A DNA stretch of 64,000 nt from an uncultured Spirochaetota bacterium (lineage in GTDB: Bacteria > Spirochaetota > Spirochaetia > SZUA-6 > Fen-1364). Shown piece by piece: positions 28,214 through 37,468 of this stretch. The notes below the pieces were generated by a model, which saw only the letters and a list, made by a program, of their open reading frames with translations, was not told where the DNA came from and did no database searches. The stretch covers positions 416,001 to 480,000 of the forward strand of contig CAWGAA010000002.1 in assembly GCA_963820525.1 (NCBI GenBank). Direction: 5' to 3'. A program made the position numbers and the translations under genes. How positions within the stretch are numbered: position 1 is the first letter of the stretch; every line of letters begins with the position of its first letter.

Positions 28214-29159
28214 TCTCCAGCACCCCGATGGGAAGGAGCGTGAAGCCCTTGCCCCGCGCGAAGTCCATCAAGGCCTGCTCCCTGCCCCGGCGGGCGATCA
28301 TGGCGATCCCGATTCCCAGGTTGAAGACCTTTCTCATCTCCTCGTCGCTCACCCCGCTTTCTTGGATCTTGTCGAAGATGGGGGGCACTTTCCAGTCGAA
28401 GCTGAAGTGGGGCGCGAGGGCGTCGGGGATGACGCGCTGGAGGTTCCCGGAGAGGCCTCCGCCCGTGATGTGGGCCGCGGCAAGCACGTCTGCGGTGGAG
28501 ATGAGGGCCTCCATCTCGCGCGCGTAGATGATTGTCGGGGTGAGCATTTCCTCCCAGGCGGCGCGGTCCGATTCCGGCACCGCCTTGCGCGCGAGGGAGA
28601 AACCGTTGGAGTGAATTCCCGAGGAGGGAAGCCCGAGGATGGGATCTCCCGAATGTATCTCCCCTTTCCTGGGAAGCACCCGGTCCTTCTCCGCCACGCC
28701 GACCGCGAACCCGGCCAGATCGAAGTCTTCGGGCCCGTACACGTCCGGCATCTCGGCTGTTTCCCCCCCGCCGAGCACGCATCCCGCCTGCTCGCAGCCC
28801 GTCACGATGCCGCGCATCAGGTCGTGCAGCCTGGCCTCATCGATCCTGCCGCAGGCGATGTAGTCGAGAAAGACGAGCGGCCTGGCGCCGCAGACGATGA
28901 GGTCGTTGACGCACATGGCCACCAGGTCGATTCCCACGGTGTCGTACCTGCCCAGCGAGCGGGCCACGAGGATCTTGGTTCCAACGCCGTCGGTTGTCGT
29001 CATGAGGACGGGCGAGCGGAGCCCCAGACCGCCGAGGTCGAGGGCGGATGAAAACCCGCCGATTCCCGAGTCGACCGCCTTCGACTTTATGCTCTTGATA
29101 AAGTCTACGAAGCGGTCCCCCTTATCGATGTCGACTCCGGATTCCCGATAGGTGCGCAT
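28206..29159 (-). CDS. purM: AIR synthetase
   Basis: YRESGVDI, DGVGTK, GIDLVAMCVND, GGETAEMP, SGIHSNGFS, HITGGG, FNLGIG. Confidence 0.97.
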   Translation of the reverse strand: MRTYRESGVDIDKGDRFVDFIKSIKSKAVDSGIGGFSSALDLGGLGLRSPVLMTTTDGVGTKILVARSLGRYDTVGIDLVAMCVNDLIVCGARPLVFLDYIACGRIDEARLHDLMRGIVTGCEQAGCVLGGGETAEMPDVYGPEDFDLAGFAVGVAEKDRVLPRKGEIHSGDPILGLPSSGIHSNGFSLARKAVPESDRAAWEEMLTPTIIYAREMEALISTADVLAAAHITGGGLSGNLQRVIPDALAPHFSFDWKVPPIFDKIQESGVSDEEMRKVFNLGIGIAMIARRGREQALMDFARGKGFTLLPIGVLENG

Positions 29160-29220
29160 TCAAGCGGTGAGCCTCCTCGCTCTCTCGTACAGGGCGCCGG
29201 GCTTTTTGCCTAACGACATA

Positions 29221-30621
29221 TCAGAATTTCCTGCTCACCGGCGCGTCCCGCACGGGGACCGGATAATCGCCGCTGAAGCAGGCGTAGCAGAAATCGTCGG
29301 GGTTGGAGACGCAGGCGCGCAGGGACTCGATGGAGAGGAACTTCACGGAATCCGCGCCGATGAAGCGTGCGATCTCCTCGGGGCTCATGCGGTTCGAGAT
29401 CAGCTCTTCGCGGGTGGGGATGTCGATTCCGTAGAAACAGGGGAATCGGATGGGGGGGGAGGCGAGGCGCAGGTGAACTTCCCGCGCGCCCACGTCGCGC
29501 AGGAGCTTCACGATCTGCCTGCTGGTGGTGCCGCGCACAAGCGAATCGTCGATGACCACGACCCGCTTGCCCTCGATGGCCTGTTTCACGGGGTGCAGCT
29601 TCAGCCGCACGCCGAACTCCCGCATCGCCGTTGTGGGCTGGATGAATGTGCGGCCCATGTAGTGGTTTCGGGTCAGGCCTTGCTCCAGGGGGACTGCCGA
29701 CGCGGCGGCATAGCCGAGGGCGGCGGAGTTTCCCGAATCGGGAACGGGGATCACGACGTCCGCCCTCACGTCGTCGGCCCGCGCCAGCGCCTCCCCCATG
29801 CGCTTGCGCGCCATGTGAACGGAGTAGTCGAAGATCTCGGAGTCCGGTCGGGCAAAATAGATGAGCTCGAAGATGCAGTGGGCCAGCCATTTCGCGGCAA
29901 AGGGGAGCATCTCCGAGGAGACGCGCGTGCCCTGGACCCGTACCATCTCCCCCGGGGCGATCTCGCGGATCGACTCGGCCTGGAAAACGTTCAAGGCGCA
30001 CGTCTCCGAGGCGATGAGGACCATGCCGTCCTTTCGCCCCATCACCAGAGGCCGAAAACCGTGGGGGTCGCGCACCGCGACGAGCGTGTCGCCGTGCATC
30101 ATGAGGAAGCAGTACGCCCCCTCGATCCTGGCGAGGCATTCCCGCAGGGCGGCCGTGAAATCGGCCGCGCCCGATCTGGCGATCATGTGCAGAAGGAGCT
30201 CGGTATCCGTGGTGCTCTGGAATATCGAGCCTTCCGCGATGAGAGCGCTCTGCAGCTCCTCCGAGTTGGAGATGTTTCCGTTGTGAGCGAGGGCGATTTC
30301 TCCCTTGTTGCACGAGATGACGATGGGCTGGGCGTTTTCCAGCTTGTTGGTCCCGTGCGTGGAGTAGCGCACGTGCCCGATGCCCGCCGTCGAGGGATGG
30401 CTTTCGCTCAAGTAATGGGAGAGAGCGTTGGCCACCATGCCCACGCCGCGGTAGGAGACGGTCTTTCCGTTTCTTCTGTACGCGACGCCCGCGCTCTCCT
30501 GGCCGCGGTGCTGGAGGGAAAACAGGCCGTAGAAGAGGAGCTCGGGAACGTTGACCTCGCCGTCCGAGGAGATGCCGACGATCCCGCAGTGGTGCCTGAG
30601 GGATTCAGCGTGCTCTGTCAC
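29221..30621 (-). CDS. purF: Amidophosphoribosyltransferase (Fe-S type, 11-aa propeptide)
   Basis: GTG start at 30621 gives MTEHAESLRHH-CGIVG; LQHRGQESAG, GHVRYST, DDSLVRGTT, PCFYGID, CYACF. Confidence 0.96.
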   Translation of the reverse strand: MTEHAESLRHHCGIVGISSDGEVNVPELLFYGLFSLQHRGQESAGVAYRRNGKTVSYRGVGMVANALSHYLSESHPSTAGIGHVRYSTHGTNKLENAQPIVISCNKGEIALAHNGNISNSEELQSALIAEGSIFQSTTDTELLLHMIARSGAADFTAALRECLARIEGAYCFLMMHGDTLVAVRDPHGFRPLVMGRKDGMVLIASETCALNVFQAESIREIAPGEMVRVQGTRVSSEMLPFAAKWLAHCIFELIYFARPDSEIFDYSVHMARKRMGEALARADDVRADVVIPVPDSGNSAALGYAAASAVPLEQGLTRNHYMGRTFIQPTTAMREFGVRLKLHPVKQAIEGKRVVVIDDSLVRGTTSRQIVKLLRDVGAREVHLRLASPPIRFPCFYGIDIPTREELISNRMSPEEIARFIGADSVKFLSIESLRACVSNPDDFCYACFSGDYPVPVRDAPVSRKF

Positions 30622-30734
30622 GTACGTATGGAACACGAACGGAGGCCCAGAGTCAATGGGCCGCGAGCAGACCTGGTGGCGATCGGTGGCCGCGCCCGGT
30701 CCCGCCGCATGCGGGAAGAGCGGCCGCCCTTTGA

Positions 30735-30763
30735 TTGACCGCCCCTGCGGCCGATGGTAAGCT
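30735..30763 (+). promoter_or_regulatory. Sigma70-type promoter for rarA, probably giving a leaderless mRNA
   Basis: TTGACC-17 nt-TAAGCT, then 7 nt to ATG 30771; no Shine-Dalgarno sequence. Confidence 0.55.
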
Positions 30764-30770
30764 TTTTTCG

Positions 30771-32246
30771 ATGGATTTGTTCGATTTTCATGAAGAGACC
30801 GGCCCGGCAAAACAAGGCCGGGATGAAGGCGCGAAGCCGCCGGGACGCGAGCCCCTTGCGGAGAGGATGCGGCCGCGGACCCTGGAGGAGTACATCGGGC
30901 AATCCCACCTCCTGGGCCCGGGCAGGACCCTCAGGCTCATACTCGATTCCGGCCACCTTCCCTCCCTCATCCTCTGGGGCCCGCCCGGGTGCGGAAAAAG
31001 CTCGCTCGCGCGGATCCTCGCCTCGCGATTCGGCTACGATTTCCACTACTTCTCGGCCGTGACCTCGGGGATCAGGGAGCTGAAGGACCTTTTCGCTCGG
31101 CTGGAGGCGGAGACCAGAGCCCGGAACCTCGTCTTCATCGACGAGATCCACCGTTTCAACAAGGCGCAGCAGGACGCGTTCCTCCCCTACGTGGAGAAGG
31201 GGGTCATCACCCTGGTCGGGACCACGACCTTGAACCCCTCCTTTTCGATCGTCTCCCCGCTTCTCTCCCGCTCGCGGGTTCTCATCCTCAATACGCTGGA
31301 GGAGGCGGAGATCCTCGAGGTGATGAGCCGCGCCCTGAAGGACGCACAGCGGGGCTACGGCGCTCTGGAGATTGAAAGCGAGGCGGGGGTTCTCGAGACG
31401 ATCGCCCGCTACTCCCAGGGAGACTGCCGGACGGCGCTGAACGTGCTGGAGCTTCTCGTGGAATCGAGCAGGGGCGCTCCGCCAGCCCACCCCGAAGCCG
31501 CCGCTCCCGCCGGCACCGAAGCCTCTGTTGAGGCCCACCCCGAAGCCGCCGGAGCTGCGAGCCCCGGCCCCGGGGGCGCCCGTGAGACCGGCCCGGCGGT
31601 CCCCATCCTTCTCACTCGGGAGAAGCTCGAGGCTGTCTTTCAGGGACGCCTCCCCGATTACGACCGGGATGGGGAGGGCCACTACAACCTGATATCGGCC
31701 CTTCACAAGAGCATAAGGGGCTCGGATGCCGACGCGTCCCTGTACTGGCTTGCGCGGATGCTGGAAGGAGGGGAGGACCCGCTGTATATCGCGCGTCGGC
31801 TGATGAGGGTGGCAAGCGAGGACGTCGGGCTTGCCGACCCCCAGGCGCTGGTCGTCGCCCACAGCGCCCAGGAGGCGGTTCATTTCCTCGGCATGCCCGA
31901 GGGCGACCTGGCCCTGGCCGAGGCGGTCGTGTACCTGGCCACGGCGCCGAAGAGCAACGAGCTGTATACGGCATATTCCAAGGCCAAGGAAGACGCCCAT
32001 GAATATTCGGCGGACCCGGTTCCCCTCTACCTGCGTAATCCTTCAACCTCGCTCATGAAAAAAGCGGGATACGGCGAGGGCTACCTGTATCCCCACGACT
32101 TTCCCGGCCGCCTCGTGGACCAGCAGTACTTTCCCCCTCGCCTGGAGGGAAGGCGCTACTACACCCCGTCGGAGTTCGGCTACGAGAAGATCGTGGAGAA
32201 ACGGATGCGCTGGTGGGAGGAGCGGCGAAAGGGCACGGGGAAGTGA
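30771..32246 (+). CDS. rarA: Replication-associated recombination protein A (MgsA/RarA)
   Basis: PLAERMRP, WGPPGCGKS, FIDEIHRFNKAQQD, ISALHKSIRGSD, ASEDVGLADP, KSN. Confidence 0.96.
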   Translation: MDLFDFHEETGPAKQGRDEGAKPPGREPLAERMRPRTLEEYIGQSHLLGPGRTLRLILDSGHLPSLILWGPPGCGKSSLARILASRFGYDFHYFSAVTSGIRELKDLFARLEAETRARNLVFIDEIHRFNKAQQDAFLPYVEKGVITLVGTTTLNPSFSIVSPLLSRSRVLILNTLEEAEILEVMSRALKDAQRGYGALEIESEAGVLETIARYSQGDCRTALNVLELLVESSRGAPPAHPEAAAPAGTEASVEAHPEAAGAASPGPGGARETGPAVPILLTREKLEAVFQGRLPDYDRDGEGHYNLISALHKSIRGSDADASLYWLARMLEGGEDPLYIARRLMRVASEDVGLADPQALVVAHSAQEAVHFLGMPEGDLALAEAVVYLATAPKSNELYTAYSKAKEDAHEYSADPVPLYLRNPSTSLMKKAGYGEGYLYPHDFPGRLVDQQYFPPRLEGRRYYTPSEFGYEKIVEKRMRWWEERRKGTGK

Positions 32247-32354
32247 CGTTCGGCGGCGGCCGGCTCCGCGCCGATCTGCCCGCTGCCGCTTTCACCGGGG
32301 ACCGAGCTCGCAGTCCTACCTGAAACGTCACGCGGCCGCGCGGAGCAGCCCCGA

Positions 32355-33350
32355 TCAGGTTCCGGCCAGGTACTCCTCGACGATCTGCCGGTACTCGGCA
32401 ACGCGCGCCGCCCTCACCACCCTCTGCCGCAGGGCGGCCCCGCTTTCCATCCCTTTGGTGTACGCGACGAAGTGCTTCCTCATTTCCCTGCAGGCGGTTG
32501 GCTCCCCCTTGATCGGCACGAGGAGCTCGAGGTGGGCCAGCGCCGTCGCGAGGCGGTCCGCCGGTGAGACGCTCGAGGCCGTTCGCTCGCCCTGCAAGAG
32601 CTCCCGCGTACGACGGAAGATGAAGGGGTTTCCCAGCGCGCCGCGGGCGATCATGACACCGTCGCACCCCGTTGTCCGGAGCATCGCGGCGCAATCCTCG
32701 GCGCTGAACAGGTCCCCCGAGCCGAAGACCGGCACGGGGCACGCCGCCTTCAGGGCCGTAATATCCTCCCACCGAGACTTTCCTTTGAACCCCTGGGATT
32801 GTGTCCGTGGATGAAGCGTTATGAGGGCCGCTCCGGCCTCCACGGCGCGCTCGGCGCAGGAAAGATACGTTATCTCAGCCGGGTCCCAACCCGTTCGCAG
32901 TTTCACGGAGACGGGGACGGAGGTCTCCTGCCGCATGGCGCGCACCAGCTCTCCGATGCGGGCGGGGTCGCGCAGGAGCGCGGCGCCGCATCCCGTCTTC
33001 AGCACCTTGGGGACCGAGCAGCCGCAGTTCAGGTCTATGATCGTGGGGGAGAGCGCGGCGATAAGGCGGGTCGCCTTTGCCGCGGTCCGGGCATCGGAAG
33101 CGAAGATCTGAAAGCCGATGAACCTCTCGTTGGGGGCCCGCTCAAGAAGAGCGAGGGTCTTGCCGCTCCCGCGGGAGAGCGCCTCGGCGGAGACCATCTC
33201 GGTGAAGCAGAGGATGGCGTCCCACGCCGCGCACACGGAGCGGAATGCCCCATCCGTGTACCCGGCCATGGGGGCGAGGAATACGTTTCCAGGGACATGG
33301 GCGTTCCCGATGAGCGTGGGGCGATACAGATCTCTACTCTGAGAGTCCAA
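32355..33350 (-). CDS. dusB: tRNA dihydrouridine synthase
   Basis: LAPMAGYTD, TEMVS, DLNCGC, SVKLRTGW, HPRT, MIARGALGNP, EMRKH. Confidence 0.92.
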   Translation of the reverse strand: MDSQSRDLYRPTLIGNAHVPGNVFLAPMAGYTDGAFRSVCAAWDAILCFTEMVSAEALSRGSGKTLALLERAPNERFIGFQIFASDARTAAKATRLIAALSPTIIDLNCGCSVPKVLKTGCGAALLRDPARIGELVRAMRQETSVPVSVKLRTGWDPAEITYLSCAERAVEAGAALITLHPRTQSQGFKGKSRWEDITALKAACPVPVFGSGDLFSAEDCAAMLRTTGCDGVMIARGALGNPFIFRRTRELLQGERTASSVSPADRLATALAHLELLVPIKGEPTACREMRKHFVAYTKGMESGAALRQRVVRAARVAEYRQIVEEYLAGT

Positions 33351-34107
33351 AGATGCGCAGGCTGTTCGCGTACAAGGCTTCCGTCAGCTCTTCGACGGTG
33401 ATCTCGCGAAGCTGCGCGATGAAGCCCGCCGTCTCGTTGATGAAGGAGGGCTTGTTCCTCTTGCCCCGGTGAATCGCGGGAACCATGAAGGGAGCCTCGC
33501 TCTCGATGAGGATCCGATCCTGAGGGATCTTCTTGGCCGTATCCTGGAGATTGCGGGCGTTCCTGTAGGTGACGTTGCCGGCGAAGGAGATGTAGAGATT
33601 GAGCTCGAGCGCCTTCTTGGCGTATTCATAGTCCTCCGAGTAGCAGTGGAGGATCCCGCCCTTCTTGGGCAGCCGCTCGCGCAGGATTTCCAGCACGTCG
33701 GCGCCCGCGTCCCTGTTGTGGATGATGACGGGCAGGCCGAGCTTGTCGGCAAGCTCGAGCTGGCGGATGAAGAGCTCGACCTGGGAATCGCGGTCGCCGA
33801 ACTTCCTGTAGTAGTCCAGCCCGATCTCTCCGATCGCTATGACTCTCTCCAGGCGGGTGCCGTCCTCGATCTTCATCTCCCAGTCGTCCCCCGGCTGGGA
33901 GACCGAGGAGGGGGAAATGCCGATGCTATGATAAATATGCGATTCGCTCTTCAAGTTCTGATAGACCTGGGCGAAATCCATGAGGTTGTTGGAGACCGCC
34001 ACGATGTGCTGGACACCTTCCTGCCTGGCTTCCTGGACAACGATGAGCTGGTCAATGGGGTCTTCTGTTATGAGTCCGATGTGTGCGTGCGTGTCAAAAT
34101 AGCGCAT
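33334..34107 (-). CDS. tatD: TatD-family hydrolase
   Basis: Start MRYFDTHAH; IGEIGLDYY, PVIIHNRDA, LHCYS, LIESEAP. Confidence 0.9.
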   Translation of the reverse strand: MRYFDTHAHIGLITEDPIDQLIVVQEARQEGVQHIVAVSNNLMDFAQVYQNLKSESHIYHSIGISPSSVSQPGDDWEMKIEDGTRLERVIAIGEIGLDYYRKFGDRDSQVELFIRQLELADKLGLPVIIHNRDAGADVLEILRERLPKKGGILHCYSEDYEYAKKALELNLYISFAGNVTYRNARNLQDTAKKIPQDRILIESEAPFMVPAIHRGKRNKPSFINETAGFIAQLREITVEELTEALYANSLRIFGLSE

Positions 34108-34165
34108 ATATCTCCGTGGAGCCGAAAGTCTGAAAGGGGTAATCAAATCCCTTGCTTTTGGATCT

Positions 34166-34194
34166 ACCATATCATGCTCTTCATGCGAAGTCAA
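34166..34194 (-). promoter_or_regulatory. Sigma70-type promoter for tatD-dusB
   Basis: Minus strand TTGACT-17 nt-TATGGT with an extended -10 TG. Confidence 0.55.
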
Positions 34195-34284
34195 TCCTTT
34201 TTCAACCCCCTGTCGACCCCGCGGTGCGCGTCATCTTTGGTACTGGCGGCGATACGTCCCGTCTGTGCGCGCATTGGCGCTGGT

Positions 34285-34313
34285 TTGACAAAGAAAGGGA
34301 ATCGTGGTAGCTT
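34285..34313 (+). promoter_or_regulatory. Sigma70-type promoter for the M23-bactofilin operon
   Basis: TTGACA-17 nt-TAGCTT with an extended -10 TG. Confidence 0.65.
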
Positions 34314-34359
34314 AACCGCGTTCTCATTTTGCCATCTCCATGAGTAAGAGAATAACGCT

Positions 34360-35403
34360 GTGCCGGTAACCCAATACAAGAAAGCAGAAAAACAGTTCGC
34401 GGACAGGATCGGCAACTGGCTTCGGAAACTGTGGGGCTCGGTTCTGGCCTTTTTCCGCTATGTCGTCCAGAAGGGAAAGCAGCGGTTCACCGTCATGCTG
34501 ATCCCCCATTCCGAGAAGAAGATCTTCAACTTCCAGATCTCCTTTTTCACGCTGATCTTCATCTCATCGGTGCTCATCATCGTGCTGGTGGGATTCTTCA
34601 TCCTCGCTACGCACTTTACCAGCACCAACGAGAGGATGACGGCCGTGAGCGAGGAGTTGAAGACAAACGAGATCACGCTGGAGAGCCTGAAGGACAAGAT
34701 TTCCGGCTTTCGCAAGGTGAGCAAGGAATTCAAGTCTCAGATGGACAGCGTGCTGAAGGTCATCGACAGCGAGGCCTCCGCAGCCACGGGAACGGGCGGG
34801 CCCATCCCCGCGACGACCATCGCGAGCGGGGAGGAGAACGCATCGGAAACGCTGCGGGAGCTGTCGGAGCTGGAGGGCATGAAGACCCTCATGGAGAACT
34901 CCATCGAGCCGCTGGCTGAGATCAACAAGGCCGTTTCGACCTTCAAGGATCTGCTCTCCGACACGCCCACCCTCTGGCCCCTCAAGGGAACCCACGGAAA
35001 CATCACAACCCGCTACGGCTGGACGATCCACCCCTTCTACCACCAGGGCTACCTGCACACGGGGATCGACATCGCCTGGGGCGTCGGCACACCGGTGGAG
35101 GCCACCGCCAACGGGGAAGTGGCGCAAGTCGGATACACCGACGATCTGGGCAACTACGTGATGCTCAAGCACAAGTACGGTTTCAACACGAAGTACGCAC
35201 ACCTCTTGAGCGCGACGGTGAGGAAGGGCCAGAAGGTCAATCGCGGCGATATCATCGGCTACATGGGCAATACGGGATTGTCCACCGGTCCGCACCTCCA
35301 TTACGAGGTCCGCCTCGGCCTCGACTACGTCGACCCCATGAACTTCCTCTCGATCGAATCCGACATCAGCTCCGTGAAGCTTGGCGGAAGGAACGGCGAA
35401 TGA
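34360..35403 (+). CDS. M23 family metallopeptidase with TM helix and coiled coil
   Basis: FTVMLIPHSE, HTGID, YAHL, GNTGLSTGPHLHYEV. Confidence 0.93.
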   Translation: MPVTQYKKAEKQFADRIGNWLRKLWGSVLAFFRYVVQKGKQRFTVMLIPHSEKKIFNFQISFFTLIFISSVLIIVLVGFFILATHFTSTNERMTAVSEELKTNEITLESLKDKISGFRKVSKEFKSQMDSVLKVIDSEASAATGTGGPIPATTIASGEENASETLRELSELEGMKTLMENSIEPLAEINKAVSTFKDLLSDTPTLWPLKGTHGNITTRYGWTIHPFYHQGYLHTGIDIAWGVGTPVEATANGEVAQVGYTDDLGNYVMLKHKYGFNTKYAHLLSATVRKGQKVNRGDIIGYMGNTGLSTGPHLHYEVRLGLDYVDPMNFLSIESDISSVKLGGRNGE

Positions 35404-35894
35404 GCGACGCGCACATCTCCGATGACGCTTTCATAAACTCGATCATCGGGGAGGGCACCCGCTTCAAGGGCGAATTCGATCTCAACGGCCTCCTGCGGAT
35501 AGACGGCGATTTCACGGGCACGATCCGGACCAAGGGAAAGGTCCTTGTAGGGAGAAACGGGAGGGCCGAGTGTACCCTCCACGCGGGGACCGTGGTCATC
35601 GGCGGTGTTTTTCGGGGGGAGATTTTCTCCGCCGAGAAGGTGATCATCCTTTCCACCGGCTTGGTGCTGGGAAACATCACGACTCCGAGGCTCATCGTGG
35701 AGGAAGGGGTGATCTTCAACGGAACCTGCAGAATCACGACGCCTTCCTCCGAAAGCGCCAAGAGCGGTTCCCAGCACAAAGGCTCGCAGGGCGGCGCCCC
35801 GGCATCCCCGCCCCGCGAAGCGGCGCAACAGCCCGCCCAGGAAGCGGCGCAGTCCGCCCCGGGAGCGGTCCCGGCGGGCTCTCAAGGACGATAA
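35400..35894 (+). CDS. Bactofilin (polymer-forming cytoskeletal protein)
   Basis: SIIGEGTRFKGE..LRIDGDFTGTI..GNITTPRLIVEEGVIFNGTC. Confidence 0.93.
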   Translation: MSDAHISDDAFINSIIGEGTRFKGEFDLNGLLRIDGDFTGTIRTKGKVLVGRNGRAECTLHAGTVVIGGVFRGEIFSAEKVIILSTGLVLGNITTPRLIVEEGVIFNGTCRITTPSSESAKSGSQHKGSQGGAPASPPREAAQQPAQEAAQSAPGAVPAGSQGR

Positions 35895-35906
35895 CCCCAA
35901 AGATTC

Positions 35907-36389
35907 ATGGCGCGTATCGATTCACTGGGTGAAACAACCCCATTCTATGTTCCCGAGAAAAAGAAGGCAATAAAGAAGGAAAAAACGAAGTCGAGATCGT
36001 TCTCCGATCTCGTCGAGGCCGCGGAGGAGGGGAAGAACCTCTCCGAGGATTTCGATGAGCCCGAGAAAAGGCGGACGATCGAGGAGCTGCTCGACGGCGT
36101 ATTCGAGTCGGGGGACAGGCTGAAGAAGCTTCCCACCATGGAAACCGTCAAGGAATACAGGCAGAGGGTAAAAGCCTTCGTGAAGTACGTCGTTTCCCGG
36201 ATGCTGGCCGTGAAGGAGACGACGTCGGGAGTCAACATCCTGAAACGCAAGAGGTTCACCCTGGTCGAAGTGATCGACCGCCAGCTGGAAAACCTCGCCG
36301 TTTCGGTATTGTCGGCTCAACGCGAGCAGCTCACCATCCTCGCGCAGGTGGACGAGATCAACGGTCTGCTCGTCGATCTTGTTTCGTGA
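35907..36389 (+). CDS. YaaR / DUF327 family protein
   Basis: GDRLK..YRQRVKAFVK..VIDRQLENLA..VDEINGLLVDL. Confidence 0.85.
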   Translation: MARIDSLGETTPFYVPEKKKAIKKEKTKSRSFSDLVEAAEEGKNLSEDFDEPEKRRTIEELLDGVFESGDRLKKLPTMETVKEYRQRVKAFVKYVVSRMLAVKETTSGVNILKRKRFTLVEVIDRQLENLAVSVLSAQREQLTILAQVDEINGLLVDLVS

Positions 36390-36408
36390 CCGTACAAGGG
36401 GAAGGGCA

Positions 36409-37461
36409 ATGAACGATATCGATGATCCCGTGATTGAAGATACGCTGATCGAGGAAGACGACGGAAAGCCGCGCGCGGCTGCGCCTCCGGCGGACCATGA
36501 TGAGGAGAATCAGCCCAGGGGCGAGGTAAAGGCGGACGGCGAGGTGAAAGCGGACGGCGAGGTGAAGGCGGACGAAGCGCGCCCCTCTTCAGGAGAAGGC
36601 TCGAGCCCGGCCACGGCGCCTGCCATCTATCGGGTGAAGATCATGTACTGCAGCGCCACCGAATACTGCGAATGTCCGCCCGGGATGGAGTTCGCCACCG
36701 GCGACATGGTCGTGATCCCCACCAAGTACGGCAATGAGCTGGGCTGCGTGCTGGGCAGAGAGGCCGAAAACGCGGACTGCGGCGCCGGCGACGTGCGCAC
36801 GATCGTACGCAAGGCCACTCCCGCGGATCTCTCCCGCGTCGGCGAGAACGAGGCGAAGGAAGAGAATGCATTCACGGTCTGCAGGGAGAAGATCTCCTCG
36901 CGGGGCCTGGAGATGAAGCTGGTGAGCGCCCACTTCCTGCTCGACGAGCAGAAGATCCTCTTTTTCTTCACCGCGGAGAACAGGATCGATTTCAGGGAGC
37001 TCGTGAAGGACCTGGTATCGGTGTTCAAGATGCGCATCGAGCTGCGACAGATCGGGGTCCGCGACGAGGCGAGGGTCCTCGGGGGGCTGGGAATCTGCGG
37101 GCGGGTCCTTTGCTGTAATTCCATCACGGACAGGCTGCGGCCCGTATCCATCAAGATGGCGAAGGAGCAGGACCTCACGCTCAACTCGATGAAGATCTCC
37201 GGCCCCTGCGGGCGCCTGCTCTGCTGCCTTGCCTACGAGTTCGACGTATACCGCGAAGCGCGGCAGCAGTTCCCGGCCGTGGGAACGCGCATCACCTACG
37301 ATGGTGAGGAGTTCAGGGTATCCGAGATCAACGTGCTGGCGCGCAGGGTGCGGTTCCAGGGCGAATCGGGGCGGATCATCGATATCGGCTTCGAGGGGCT
37401 TTCACGAAATCCCAAGACCAGCTCCTGGGAGATCCGCATCCGCTCCGCACCGAGCGCTTAA
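36409..37461 (+). CDS. PSP1 / YaaT (RicT) family protein
   Basis: FTAENRIDFRELVKDL, RIELRQIGVRDE, GICGRVLCC, KISGPCGRLLCCLAYE. Confidence 0.92.
   Translation: MNDIDDPVIEDTLIEEDDGKPRAAAPPADHDEENQPRGEVKADGEVKADGEVKADEARPSSGEGSSPATAPAIYRVKIMYCSATEYCECPPGMEFATGDMVVIPTKYGNELGCVLGREAENADCGAGDVRTIVRKATPADLSRVGENEAKEENAFTVCREKISSRGLEMKLVSAHFLLDEQKILFFFTAENRIDFRELVKDLVSVFKMRIELRQIGVRDEARVLGGLGICGRVLCCNSITDRLRPVSIKMAKEQDLTLNSMKISGPCGRLLCCLAYEFDVYREARQQFPAVGTRITYDGEEFRVSEINVLARRVRFQGESGRIIDIGFEGLSRNPKTSSWEIRIRSAPSA
36520..36573 (+). repeat. 18-bp x3 in-frame tandem repeat (GEVKAD)
   Basis: GGCGAGGT(A/G)AA(G/A)GCGGAC three times. Confidence 0.9.
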
Positions 37462-37468
37462 GGTCGTA

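Noticed and set aside
25921..30621. pur cluster lacking purK, purC, purL and purH
   Set aside because: Split pur operons are common and the genes may lie outside the window.
32243..32354. Palindromic gap between rarA and dusB (GTGACGTT...AACGTCAC)
   Set aside because: Short imperfect stems at high GC; cannot distinguish from chance or a weak terminator.
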